Below are positions 41,350-53,840 of a DNA stretch of 64,000 nucleotides, piece by piece. Source of the stretch: Potamilus streckersoni (Eukaryota); the NCBI GenBank assembly GCA_016746295.1, contig JAEAOA010001935.1, positions 2,610,024-2,674,023 on the forward strand. The letters run 5' to 3'. The notes below the pieces were generated by a model. The model saw only the letters and a list, made by a program, of their open reading frames with translations, ran no database searches and was not told the DNA's origin. A program made the translations under genes and the position numbers. Numbering within the stretch: the stretch's first letter is position 1; each line of letters opens with the position of its first letter.

Positions 41350-41680
41350 ATACCTTGTGTCAAATGGTTTTGTAACTGAGACTAACTCTGGGCACATTGT
41401 GACTGAGACTAACTTTGGGTACATTGTGACTGAGACTAACTCTGGGTATATTGTGACTGTGACTAACTTTGAGTACATTATGAGTGAGACTAACTCTGGG
41501 TACATTATGAGTGAGACTAACTCTGGCAATATTGTAACTGAGACTAACTCTGGCTACATTGTGACTGATACTAACTCTGGGTACATTGTGACTGAGACTA
41601 ACTCTGGGTACATTGTAACTGAGACTAACTCTGGGTACATTGTGACTGAGACTAACTCTGGGTGCATTGTAACTGAGATT
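41350..41680. repeat. 30-bp minisatellite, about 11 units (tgactgagactaactctgggtacattg)
   Basis: Direct. Confidence 0.9.
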
Positions 41681-41815
41681 AACAGGAAGCTAATGGAAGG
41701 CTTTCTCACAAACCCACATTGGCTGAACCCAAGACTTGAACCTATATGGACAGAGGTGAGATGGCAGTTATTGGTAACATTGAGCACTTTGGACCATTCA
41801 AAAACCCAGAGCTCC
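41675..41815 (-). mobile_element. SINE family B partial copy (head plus core, 3' part missing), abutting a 30-bp satellite
   Basis: aaggctttctcacaaacccacattggctgaacc...ggacagaggtgagatggcag. Confidence 0.55.
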
Positions 41816-42599
41816 ATTTTGGATAGAGTTATTGTCCTTAATCATTAATATCTTGTCATTGGATGATCAGCATAGGTCAAGAACCATTTAACATATTCTG
41901 ATGTGCACAAACTCTTTAAAGCACGTCTAGGTCTATGAGAGTTATTGTCCTTAATAATATCTTGTCATTGCATGATCAGCATAGGTCAAGAACCATTTAA
42001 CATATTCTATTGTCTCATAGACCAAGATGTGCTTTAGAGTTTATATTCTTCCTCACCATTTTCGAGTCATGGTTCTTGTCAATCAACTTTGTATTTTTAA
42101 ATAGGTGTTTCTTGTATGATAAGTTTTAGAAGGAGTTGGGTTTGATTTTACATATTCCACATCATCATTTAAAGGAGTCATGACCCTGTATCTTTAGTTT
42201 TTCAACACAGGTTCCAGTTTCAGGCCCTAAGGAGCAAATTGTATTGAGTGGCACCCATTGCATTGCACCCATATCCACTTATCTAAAGTTATGAATTGGA
42301 CGAAGAATTGTTAATAGTGATCTAGATTTGAATTTGGATTGGTTAGGTGTCCATTTTGAAAGTCTGCTTTGCAATGGCTGACTGACTGCTTGGTGTGAGG
42401 TCAAGAAGTCTTTCTAATTCTACATCAGTTATCTGACCAGCTTAACCAAAATTAAAATTTCTTTCAAAGAAGTCACCAAAACGGTCTGGGAGAACTTGTT
42501 AGTTGGACTGTTCAAGGATATTCAGATATCCTGGTATTGTTGTAAATATTAACATTTCCAACAAAAGAAACCCACTCCATTTTCAAATCCCTATCCTTT

Positions 42600-42960
42600 C
42601 AAACTTAGTCTAATCTGATATATGTGAGCAAGTTTAAGACTTACAGTCTGGTCTGATATCTGAGTAAGTTTAAGATTTAATTAAAGTCTGAACTGTCTGA
42701 GCAAGTTTAAGACTTAATTAGAATCTGATCTATCTGAGCAAGTTTAAGACATTAGACTCTGATCTGATATGTCTGAGCAAGTTTAAGACATAATTAGAGT
42801 CTGATCTGATATGTCTGAGCAAGTTTAAGACATAATTAGAGTCTGATCTGATATGTCTGAGCAAGTTTAAGACATAATTAGAGTATGATCTGATATGTCT
42901 GAGTAAGTTTAAGACATAATTAGAGTCTGATCTGTTTGAGCAAGTTTAAGACTTAAAGTC
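42600..42960. repeat. ~40-bp minisatellite, about 9 units (gtctgatctgatatgtctgagcaagtttaagacataatta)
   Basis: Direct. Confidence 0.85.
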
Positions 42961-43135
42961 TGATCCGAGTAATCTTCTGACAATTTATTTCTCATTAATA
43001 TGACAACATGGGTGGGAATGATTTAAGTCATTCATATTAAGCTTTCTAATCCTTCATTGATGTTTTCTTCCAGCATTTTTAATGCAAAGATTTTGTATAA
43101 AGTTAAAGTTTCATGGTGATCCATTTCTGTTACAG

Positions 43136-43300
43136 AGAAAGACCATGGATAAATTGATGAAGCTGTATGCAGATAGAGTGAATGTAGATAGTTCCAAACT
43201 CAAATTTTTCTTTGATGGGGAGGAGATGGATATCACACAGACACCGGAGTCAATGGATATCGAGAATGGGGACTGTATTGATGTCATTGTGGCAAGGTAA
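43136..43300 (+). CDS. NFATC2IP: Terminal exon 7: RKTMDKLMKLYADRVNVDSSKLKFFFDGEEMDITQTPESMDIENGDCIDVIVAR*, rest of SUMO-like domain 2, stop TAA at 43298-43300
   Basis: Acceptor ttctgttacag| at 43135, phase 0. KLKFFFDGEEM and GDCIDVIVAR-stop match the NIP45 C-terminus (KLSFFFDGTKL ... GDLIEVWG-stop), including ending right after the SLD without a Gly-Gly. This is the RENi-family hallmark. Confidence 0.75.
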   Translation, partial: RKTMDKLMKLYADRVNVDSSKLKFFFDGEEMDITQTPESMDIENGDCIDVIVAR

Positions 43301-43572
43301 CCTGGATCTATCAACAATATGGTGTGCTGGTTTTTTTTACAATATTGATCATGTGGTCTTCCATTCAGGAATGTCTGAAGCTATATTTTTTAACCATATA
43401 TTATAGAGAATGTTCATTGTACATACTCATCATTATGGAATGGCAAGGAATTGTTGATAAACTTACCTCATATGACACAATATAAGCATCTTCACTCAAT
43501 TAAAAGTTGGGCCAATAAGTGCCAGAGTGGGTGCCATTTTCATGTACAGAGCCGTAATGTTTTTTTTTCTAA

Positions 43573-43578
43573 AATAAA
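43573..43578 (+). other. Candidate polyadenylation signal AATAAA about 270 nt downstream of the NFATC2IP-like stop codon
   Basis: aataaa hexamer in an AT-rich context. No transcript data; other hexamers exist further downstream. Confidence 0.25.
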
Positions 43579-44689
43579 ACTGATTATTTTGGGCAGGTGG
43601 TGGTGCACATTATACACAAAGTATCTAAAACAGTTTCCACTCGTGCCTGTGTAGCTGCCACTGATGTACACGCCACTGCACTGTTATGAGGCACCATATT
43701 CTCAAAACTTTTTGAGGACAGAACTTCATCTCAGGTTTAAAACCCTTAAATCAGATTTTATTGATATTTATATTTAATTAAAAAACTAAATGTGGAGGAG
43801 AAGGACCAGATTTACAAAAATCTAATTAAAATTAGAACTTACTAAAATTTATGAACTTAGTTAAAATTAAAACTGTTGGAGTTTTGTAATATTCATTTGA
43901 TCTTTAATTTTTTTGCTGATATAGTTTCGAGAATATGAGACAAGGCCTTAAAGCTATGAAACAAAAAGAGACAAAAATTGAACTTATGCTTAAATTTTAC
44001 AAAATGTTGATAATTTAATAACTTCTGTCAGAGTTGGATTAGAATTAAAAAATTGTTTGCATGATATTATACTTTATGTCCCAATATACCTCCAAAATTT
44101 CATTCACATTTAGATATTTCTAAGTATAATTTTTCATTCTGGCATTTTGGGTTGCATTTCATTTTTTGTGTTCTGACTGTTTTGTGACTGCAGGGAGTCA
44201 GGCACAGGCTAGACTGTAGTTTGATTGTGATTCACAAATAATGGAGTAACAGTCTGCTGCAAGTACACTAGGGATATTGTTGAATATACAAGATAGTCCA
44301 TGTAGTCTGCATCTACAGAGCTAAGTGTAGATGAGGGTAATTTAGTATCTGAGTATTATACTAGCTTATGTCACTGAAATACACTTAGTTCTACTTAAAT
44401 ACACTTAACTACACTCTACGCAGCACATATTGCATATCCATTTTTATGTACTATATATAAGCATTCCGTCCATGTATATAATTGAATAGTAATGTCTACT
44501 GTCTTGTTTCCATCAGCATTTAGTGAGAATTGGTTATCTTTTTTGGACAGTACCAGGGTTGTCCTCAGCAAAGTTGAGTTATTATGTGAAAGTTTTTAAA
44601 GGTAATGTAACTCTGATAACATGGTATATTTATTGGCAAACCATAGTATTCCATAGAAACCTTGAAAGTTTGGTTTAGTTTTGTGTGGT

Positions 44690-44835
44690 TTAATGCCATA
44701 TTGCAGCCAGTATATTGGTGGAGTAGGAACCTGGGAAGACCCAATGAAGAGCCACCCACTGGTGGGAAACTGCTGGCAAGCTTTCTCACATTGGGTAGAG
44801 CCATGTCTTATACTTAGGTGGACAGAGGTGAGACA
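44690..44835 (-). mobile_element. SINE family B partial copy
   Basis: tggtggagtaggaacctgggaag...ctggcaagctttctcacattgg...ggacagaggtgagacatgg. Confidence 0.55.
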
Positions 44836-47800
44836 TGGTTTTCAGCTGCAAGATTATTTCTATGGTTCTAAATTTAATTATGTTAATCCTTCAGTAATTA
44901 TCTTTTCAATAGACACCCTAGTCATGTGTACTTTTTATTCATAGTTGCATCAAAATATTTTGAGGAGACTTTGATGCTAGTTGTAAAATTTTGTTAACTT
45001 TGCTGACTTTCAGTAATTAAGCAGAAGCACGATGGGCACAAAGAATTACACAAAGGCCCACTGTTGGCGCTGTCATCTCAGTTCCAGAATGTTATAGAAG
45101 ACCCCTGAGTACAGTTTGTTGGCACCTGAAGGCGCCTATCATAAATGGGGCTGGCCAACAAAAGATAAGCATATTTTACAGCAGTAGCAATGCATATTTC
45201 ACTGTCCTGTACAGTGCTAACATTATATTCTTTAGTAAATAAAACAAATGAAGTGAATGTGCAAGAGAAACTTACGTATAGCAAGAATTTAATACACTCG
45301 CTGATGAGACCACCTACAGACTACACAGACACAGATCTTCTTTCTCAAAATGCACCGGCAGGTCTGGATCTGTGCAATTTGTTAGGAGGAATCAGTAGAT
45401 CTAACAACATTGACCCAGAATGGCTGGTGTGTCATACTATGGCAGAACTGGATCTTTGTTGTTAGCAATTTGACTCCATTTATTAGTGACTATAAATAGA
45501 TATTAACGAAGCACAGCATCAAGTTTTAATAGCCAGTAAGTGTCTACTCGGTTGTAAAATATATCTACCTGACTGCATATAATCTTAGTGCAGATTTCCA
45601 TAATATTGAATATTTGCTTCAACAAGTTCTATATTACCCCTGTATCTTGATCTGCTAATTAGTAGTTTTATTTTTATTTTAATGTAATTGCATTAATTGA
45701 ATTCTGTTTTCTCTTACCTTCAGAAGAAAATTAATATAATTATTTTGATCTTTTTATGAAAGCTTAAAGAAATTATAATTATGAAATTTTATTGGCTTAT
45801 TTTATTTAACATACCCAGCCAAACTTGGGAAGTAATTCACTGACCCAATTAATTGAAATTGAATGAAATAATCGGATGATTGCACAGAAAGATGGAGGTA
45901 TTAATTATGTTGAAAACATACATACATAGTTATATTATGAGAGAGGGACATTGATCAGTCCAAACAACTTGTGTAAACAGTCACATGTTTGACTTGTAGA
46001 GGCATCATGTGACGCCATCTCTTCTCAATGAGATTTATTTTTGACGACCTGTTGATCAGTATCTGAGATGATGGTCCTGCTTAGGTTAGCTCACATTATG
46101 CGGCCAGCTCTGTCAAAATCAGCTGTACAATGACCAAGATTATTTTATCCGTAAAAAATTCAGTGAAAATTTAATTGGCCAAAAAGAGTTGTGACTTCTG
46201 TGCACAGTTCACAGTGGTAACTGATGATTTTATTTGTCAATCAACAAGTAAACTGTGTTATGTATATTTAATTTATATTCTGTATCTGACTTGTGTCATA
46301 ATTGTGATTGAGGGTTGTGGATAGTTTTAGTTACCTGTCTTCTGTCATGATTTTAAGTGGTAATCAAAATGTTTATTAGTATTTTGAGTCCAAGGGCTAT
46401 TTGAATTTTTGATGAAAATTATTAGTTTTCAAGAACATTCTATTGTGATATAGGTCTAATGAAGTATGTATAAATAGAGGTTTGGTAAACAATTATTCAT
46501 TCCTTTGATATTAGTCTTTGGGAATCAAAGATCAAAGTGTATATTTGTGAATTTAACAGGAATTCTTTATTAATTATTTATTGGAATTACAAAGTGCCCA
46601 TAGTTTTAGACTAAAAACACTGGGATTGTTGAGAACTCATTCAAATATATTCTGGAATGTATGATTGTGATACTATAGGCATTCATTCAAAACATTCTAA
46701 ACTTTTGGACTTGTGATTGTACATTTAGGGTTATTTGGGATTTAATTAGAAGTGCTTTCAGTTCTCTTATATATTTTCTTTGTAACTTATTATTACATTA
46801 TTTGTTGATTTTACTAAACATTTTGGTTTCACTTCTTTCTGTTATATAGTTTAAAACCAAGAGTCTTAACAACTGACATTTGATTTGTTGGGCCAAATTT
46901 TTGCAATTGAATGCAATTTATTATTGGCATTTTGGAAAGTCACAAGTTCATGGGATAGTGTAGGTGTTGTGACGGTTATGGTGCTTGTCTGATTCTCTCT
47001 CTCTCTCTCTTTCTCTTTCTTCACTTGAACTTATTGAGAGAAAATTTTTGAATCTCTGGGCAGGTGAAACATGTGACAGTCTAGACAAGTTTTATTGCAT
47101 TGAACAGTATCCTTCATTTTATTAGCACACCTGGCCTTCCTGGTATGGTCAAGTGTCCATCATCCGAACATCAGTATTTGTTTATCACTCCAAAGGCCAT
47201 GTTTTTGATCCAGTTTTGATCAAACTTAAGAGTGTAGCATGGTTGAAAAATTCTTAGATTCATAGATCTGCCTTTTAGAAAAAAAGCATGTTTCTTCAGG
47301 GAAAATGATGATATAAACCTATACTTAGTTCATGCTGGCCAGGAAATTTCTTTTTCAAAGACATTTCAAGAATTCTAGAAGTTTTTATGAAATATTTTTC
47401 CTACTCTAGATTCAATTTCAATCTGTTACTTTATTTCTCACTAAATAAACTGGTACATCAGTACAGTGTAGTAGAACACATAAAAGAGCTGACACAGCAA
47501 GGGGATGCTAATCCACATGGTAGATACCAATGTCACTAATTCTCTGATTCCGAAATGTAATCCCATTTTATTTATCTATTAGTTTTGGAAAATATATTCA
47601 GAAATTAAAAATTCTAAATTAAAAAACTTACACATTTTTATGAAGTTTAAATGTATTGTATTCTCTTGGATTAATTTCAATGAATTTTTTTAATTAAAAT
47701 ATGCTTTTATCATCCACATCTTGGATAGGCTGAGCTTGTTACCACACTGTAATCCAGATTTATGATTTCATTGGATGAAATTTGGAATATACTTTTATAT

Positions 47801-48904
47801 TATCAGTATCTCCAAAGAAATTGAATATGAGAGAGGTTTGTGCATACTAATGAGGTGATCTTGCATCTGATTGGCTTAACTATTTACTGCTCTCAATTCT
47901 GATCTGGCTTTAATTAAACTAGGAATATATACTTATATCACCAAGATTATCGATATCTTCAACAATGAGTGGGATATATGTATATTAATGATGTGATATT
48001 GACTGGCTCAGCTTCTTACTGTTCTGGAAGTTATAACTCTGAACCAGATTTGATCAAACTTGGAACATGGGCTTTTGCCCTCAGGCTTGCATAAGAGGTT
48101 GATAGTGATCGAGATCCACACATATTTGTAATTGGTTGAACTCTAGAGACTATCTTTGATTCAGTTGTGAATAAAATAGATGTAAATCAAGATATCCTAC
48201 AAGTTGTATTATGAGCAAGATTTTCATATATTAAATTTTTTTAGTTCAGTTTGATATAGTTCATGCATCATTCACATCTAAACACTTTTTTGTGCTTTTC
48301 AAATACCTATGTAATGTTTTAATTAAGGCTAAAAGTTTCTTTACACAGTCGCAGATATTTGTTTGAGATTCTGAAATATTCAGTGCTCAAAGAAAAATAT
48401 TTAGACATAGGCTCAGGGCTGGTGACTTTTAAAAAAAATCACAAACCCAGGCTTGAATTCCACAAGGCCTGACTACAATATGCATGTGGCCAAAATTGCT
48501 CTATTTTGTTTTACTTTTGTTTGTCACAGCCTTGCAGTTCTTGTACATAAAGCAATGTTTTAGTCCTGATGTGCAATTGCTCTGTCAATGTCCTCCTTAC
48601 TCATTTAATAAGCAGTGTTGATTAGTATCTGAAGCATGTCTTGCTTTATACAGTCTCACTTTACACCTTGGATGTTGTTCTTAGGTGCTGCTTAATATGT
48701 TTAACCATTGAGCATTACACTATTTCAATCACCAGCAAGGGACAGCTTAATTATTATTCATTAAATTTTAACTTGAAACATCTTGAACAATACAACAGCA
48801 GTTAAACAAAGCAAAGAAAAATCAAATACTCAAGTATTATGCCTAAATTGTGTATGGGTTGGTCTTTTCTTTGTATCTTACCTCTGCCAAGGGGCAGTCA
48901 AGTT

Positions 48905-49210
48905 TTAATAAGAGACCCAATGAGCATCATTAACCAAATTTGATCCCTTTATTAATTATAATACCTCAATGAGCATCATTGACCAAATTTGATCCCTTTA
49001 TTAATTATAATACCTCAATGAGCATCATTGACCAAATTTGATCCCTTTATTAATTATAATACCTCAATGAGCATCATTGACCAAATTTGATCCCTTTATT
49101 AATTATAATACCTCAATGAGCCTCATTAACCAAATTTGATCCCTTTATTAATTATAATACCTCAATGAGCATCATTGACCAAATTTTATCCCTTTATTAA
49201 TTATAATACC
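48905..49210. repeat. 48-bp minisatellite, about 6 units (cctcaatgagcatcattgaccaaatttgatccctttattaattataata)
   Basis: Direct. Confidence 0.9.
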
Positions 49211-50289
49211 TCAAAGCAATCCTGCATTTGAACTCTCCAGATTACAACAGTAAGGTGTAAACCTTAATCCCATTACACAGACCTGCATCATTGCACCAGT
49301 TGCAAGGACTGCTGGTAATGTTTTTCTTTCTGCAATTTAAAAAGAAATCTTAATTTTCAAAAGTAGTAGATTTCAGCTATAAAAACAGATGGTCTTAAAA
49401 ATGGTAGAATCACATGTTAAAGCCAAAAGAGCACTAATTATAGGTAATTCAGATAAGCTGTACTCCATTCATAGGTCACATGCTTCACTATGAACACAAA
49501 GTTTACATAAGGTGAATGGGCATACATGGATTTAAATACTAAAAATTCAACATGAAAAATAATTTCCACATTTCATCAAATCATAGTTTTTATTTGGCAA
49601 ATTAGATTTTTTTGTTAAACAAGTGTGGTGGTTAATTGTAATTAACTTAAAAATACAGGATGGTCAGATCTGAGATTAGAGGAGATCCAGGCATTGGGCA
49701 TCAGATTTTTTGAGCACTAATATTCGGAAGCCAGTGAAATAGAATTTGACAGCTGCTAGTGTTGCCATATTAAAGTGCCTGCAACATTTACCATTTATAT
49801 GTTTGTTTATGCCATTACACATATTCCATGCCATTAAATCACAAATTTATTTGGAATATATACTTTGTTTTTTACTTTCTGCTTATTGGGATCTCTGTTT
49901 CCTTGAACGAACTGGATGATTTCATGTTTTCTTGGACAACAGGATGATTTCAATATCAGCCTTAGATTCCACAGTGGGGCAATCCTTATCAATGTAGATC
50001 CAGTGCTGAACATCATCAAGTGATTCAAATATTCACTCAACATTAGTCCTTATGAACTTGATGTTGCATTTCACCCAATTAAGTTGCTTTTAAAATCCAT
50101 CTTATTTTGCTTCTGGACATCTCCATAAGAGATTAAACATCTCTGTTCACTATTCCAAATTGTTTAATGAGCAGTGTACTGTCTTAATTCATTTATAAAT
50201 ACAGGTAATACTAAATTCACTCTGAATTGGAACTAATTTCTTGACTCTGTGACTTTTTTGTATTTTTAGAATTAGTGCTGGTCACTTTC

Positions 50290-51270
50290 TCCATTCTGAT
50301 TGGATAATATTGTGGACTGCATTGAAGCAGTAGCATTGCTTTGTACAAATGGTGCTGATTCCCCTTCTGATATGACCATTGTAGACAAAATGGAAAATTT
50401 TTTTAATGACTGCTTTGGACTGGCATTGTTTGGAACATGGCCAAGTCATACAAATTATTTATATTTCCATACATATAAATGACATTGACTTGTCTAATGC
50501 TGTCATTGCTTTTATACAACCTTTGTCAATTGCCGATTCAATCATCAGGAACATGTAATCTTTGAACAATTTATCTCTACTTATTTTCAGCCAAGTATCA
50601 CAAGTTAGTCCACATGCACTAAAACAGTCTTCTGGGTCTTTTCTAAAATTGTTCATACATATATTTTCAATTTCTTCACAAATGTTAGATAACAAAAGTA
50701 TTTTTTTTTTCAGTTATGTAAGTGAATTTAATTTGAAATGTTTCCTGACAGGAGTGCCATACTAACAGTACTTTTCCCTACATTTATTGATGGTAATTTA
50801 ATTTCCGTACTATTTTCAAAGCTGTTTATTGGCATCAATATATATCTATCTTTATTCAAATGATTTCTGAAATTGCATTTGATTATTTTACCTTGACTCC
50901 TGAAATGTTTTATTTTTTCTGACAATTTATCATTGTGTGGAATTTTAGCAAGTTATTCTTGTGATTGTTTTGCAAATCGATAACAGTATCTGTTTTTCTA
51001 AAATATCATTACATTCTTTTGTCTCACTACAGGTTCCTACCAAACAAAATGCATTTTTTATCATTGTTGGGTACTGCCTCTTGTATTTAAATCATCTTTT
51101 TACTTAGATGAAAATCGTATCCATACTGTGAATAGTTATTTAGGACATTTGTAATCTAAATTACATGCCAAATGTGTGTGAGCTCTGAACTGACCTGTTT
51201 GATGATCTCTTAACTTGGTAACTTCATCTGTAAATTCATCTGCTTCATTATTTTATTCTTTAATCTCCTT
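50290..51270 (-). pseudogene. Second decayed protein-primed PolB (PF03175-like) fragment: N-terminal half, divergent from the 59.9-62 kb copy
   Basis: Minus-strand translation shows TKLRDHQTGQFRAHTHLACNLDYK and NNYSQYGYDFHLSKKMI...AVPNNDKKCILFGRNL. Then IKLPSINVGKSTVSMALLSGNISN (the KLRFIDS..SSSLDKL region) and GNQHHLYKAMLLLQCS (Exo III Yx3D region). Stops and frameshifts throughout. It may extend to about 49830. Confidence 0.55.
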
Positions 51271-52459
51271 TTCACATGTGGCATGGAATTTTAATGATTT
51301 TATTATGCTGGAAGTGTTTTGTTCATAAAGTTTTTCAGCTGACTGCTAGTTACATGTATGTAAACTGTAAATTTGTAGGTTTTTTAAAAATACTTTTAAA
51401 GTTCAGAGAAAATCTTCATTATGGTGGACTTTTATATTTTCATTGATGTATTAAGGTTTGTGTCCAGAATTTAGCTTCATCAAATTTTTTGTTCATTGTG
51501 TCTATTATGTGATCAACTTTTTGTGTTATTTTATTGCAGATTCAGAATAAATTGTTTCAGACACTTTTTGCAAAAGTGTTTTTATGTGTTTGTTTTGTTT
51601 ACTTGAGCTGAGATTTTTTTAAAATATCCAATTTACAATAATGATAATTGTTCTCAATAAATTCAGTTAAGAGATCTATTTCTAATTTGTTTTATATGCT
51701 TGCCTACTGTGTTGTAGACATTACCAATCATTTTAAATTCCTTCTCAGTTTTCTTTATGTTTTATATGCTAAATTATTGTTAATTTAGCCAGTACTTATA
51801 TTTGTCAAGATTATATTAAGGTGGCCAATTTGTTTTGTCATTTTGGGGGTTTACTGAAGATTCTATAACATAAAAATATATTCTTTCTCTATTTTCAATA
51901 TTTCACGTTTTTTATTTTTCTATCCATTCTAGTAAATTTAAGCATCAGTCTGTTGTTATAGCAAATGTCGACACATGTGTAGCTTTAGATAATATTTCGT
52001 GCTAAATTTTATGACCAGTATATTAATCAAGACAGGAAGATGGAAAATTGAGAGGAATGGAGGAAGCTGGTTGTTTGGGTCTCATGTGATTCTATATGGT
52101 CGACCAGACTACCGGACTGATGATGATGATGATATCAATCATATTTCAAACTTTACTCCTTTTTATTTCTATTCACTATGCTCACAGGAAAGTTTCTTCT
52201 ATTCCAATCCAAAGCATGAAATATTTCAATTATTGTTTAATTGTTAAATCTTCTTGGACTTTTAGTGTACCCAATTTAGAATATTTCTTAGTATTTTCTA
52301 TAAATATGATTCAGCTTCTTAGATTAGAAAAATATTCTGATTAGTTTTATAATATCCCGCTTCAAAGCTATACTAATTTACATGGCTGTTACATCAGTCT
52401 TAAACCCTCTTGTCATTTTTATGTTTGAGCAATAATTCTGTTTATTTACTTATAGGGGC

Positions 52460-52705
52460 CCCGAGTGGCCGAGTGGTCTAAAGCGCTGTCTGTTACGGAT
52501 CACTGCCATCTCACCTCTGTCTGCGTGTGTTCGAGTCTAGAATTCGGCTAATGTAGATATGTGAGAAAGCTTGCCAGTAGCTTCTCGTGGGTCGGTGGTT
52601 CTTTCCGGTGATTTCCCGGTTTCTTCCTCCACCATTAATACTGGCCGCTATGAATAGCCTATCTTGTGCTGAAAAATGGCGTTAAGAACAACAACAACAA
52701 CAACT
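52460..52705 (+). mobile_element. tRNA-derived SINE, family B (head ggccgagtggtctaaagcgc..., conserved core tggcaagctttctcaca, (CAA)n tail)
   Basis: Full copy ending in caacaacaacaacaac. The same element recurs at least six more times in the window. Confidence 0.75.
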
Positions 52706-52816
52706 TATCGGGAGAGAATGTAGCAGAATTGAAACCGGGTGGGTTTTCTCCATTTGGATTAAATGAATAACATAAACATAAAGTTATGAATGATTGGAAT
52801 TTATAAAATGAAATAC

Positions 52817-52849
<33 letters not shown>

Positions 52850-53394
52850 CTCACACTCCTATTATACAATTGATTCAAATCACCCTACACACACAAAATT
52901 ATAAAGACAAAAATGTGACTCATAGGCCTCTAGCCTAAAAGGAGGGGTACAAATATATTATATTATAGTACAAATATACAAATATATTATGTAAAAATGA
53001 GATTCACATAATCTCTTGTAACACATTAAGCTTTGAGATTCATGTAATCTCTTGAGATACAACTAACAAAGGAAAATACTCATATGATGTTATTACTATT
53101 GTTTGGACTAAACAATATTGTGTTCAATAATATACACAAACAAGTTAACACACATCACTGTAAACCGGAATAGTCATTCACATTGCAAACTGTTACACTA
53201 CAGTTTATTCAATATAAAAACTGAAACTGCAGTTTCACTAGATACTTTTTTTATCGATCCATGTTCATATACTTCATGGATCCCTTTTATGTATTCGTAC
53301 CCATATATATATACCCATAGACATAGACGGCATGCTGCAATACAGAGAGCTACATCCAACCATAGATAGCTAGTCAGCTTTTATCGGACACTAA

Positions 53395-53840
53395 ATTTCC
53401 CAATAAAACACCATCAGCTCCAATAAAACACCATCAGCCCCAATAAGACATCATTAGCCCCAATAATACACCATCAGCCCCAATAAAACACCATCAGCCA
53501 CAATGAGACATCATCAGCCCCAATAAGACATCATCAGCCCCAATAAAACATCATCAGCCACAATAAAACACCATCAACCTCAATAAGACATCATTAGCCC
53601 CAATAAGACACCATCAGCCCCAATAAAACACCATCAGCCACAATAAAACACCATCAGCCACAATAAGACATCATCAGCCCCAATAAAACACCATCAGCCA
53701 CAATAAGACATCATCAGCCCCAATAAGACATCATTAGCCCCAATAAGACATCATCAGCCCCAATAAGACACCATCAGCCCCAATAAGACATCATCAGCCC
53801 CAATAAGACACCATCAGCCACAATAATGTCCATTAAGCTC
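53395..53840. repeat. 20-bp minisatellite, about 22 units (caataaaacaccatcagccc / caataagacatcatcagccc)
   Basis: Direct. Confidence 0.9.

Noticed and set aside
41357-41848. 163-aa ORF (VTETNSGYIVTETNS...)
   Set aside because: Translation of the 30-bp minisatellite running into a SINE fragment.
43297-43302. Possible alternative donor aag|gtaacc that would splice away the TAA stop and extend the NFATC2IP-like CDS
   Set aside because: Family homologs end immediately after the second SUMO-like domain exactly as the unspliced reading does (…IDVIVAR-stop versus …IEVWG-stop), and I found no convincing downstream exon. This stays a minor possibility that needs transcript data.
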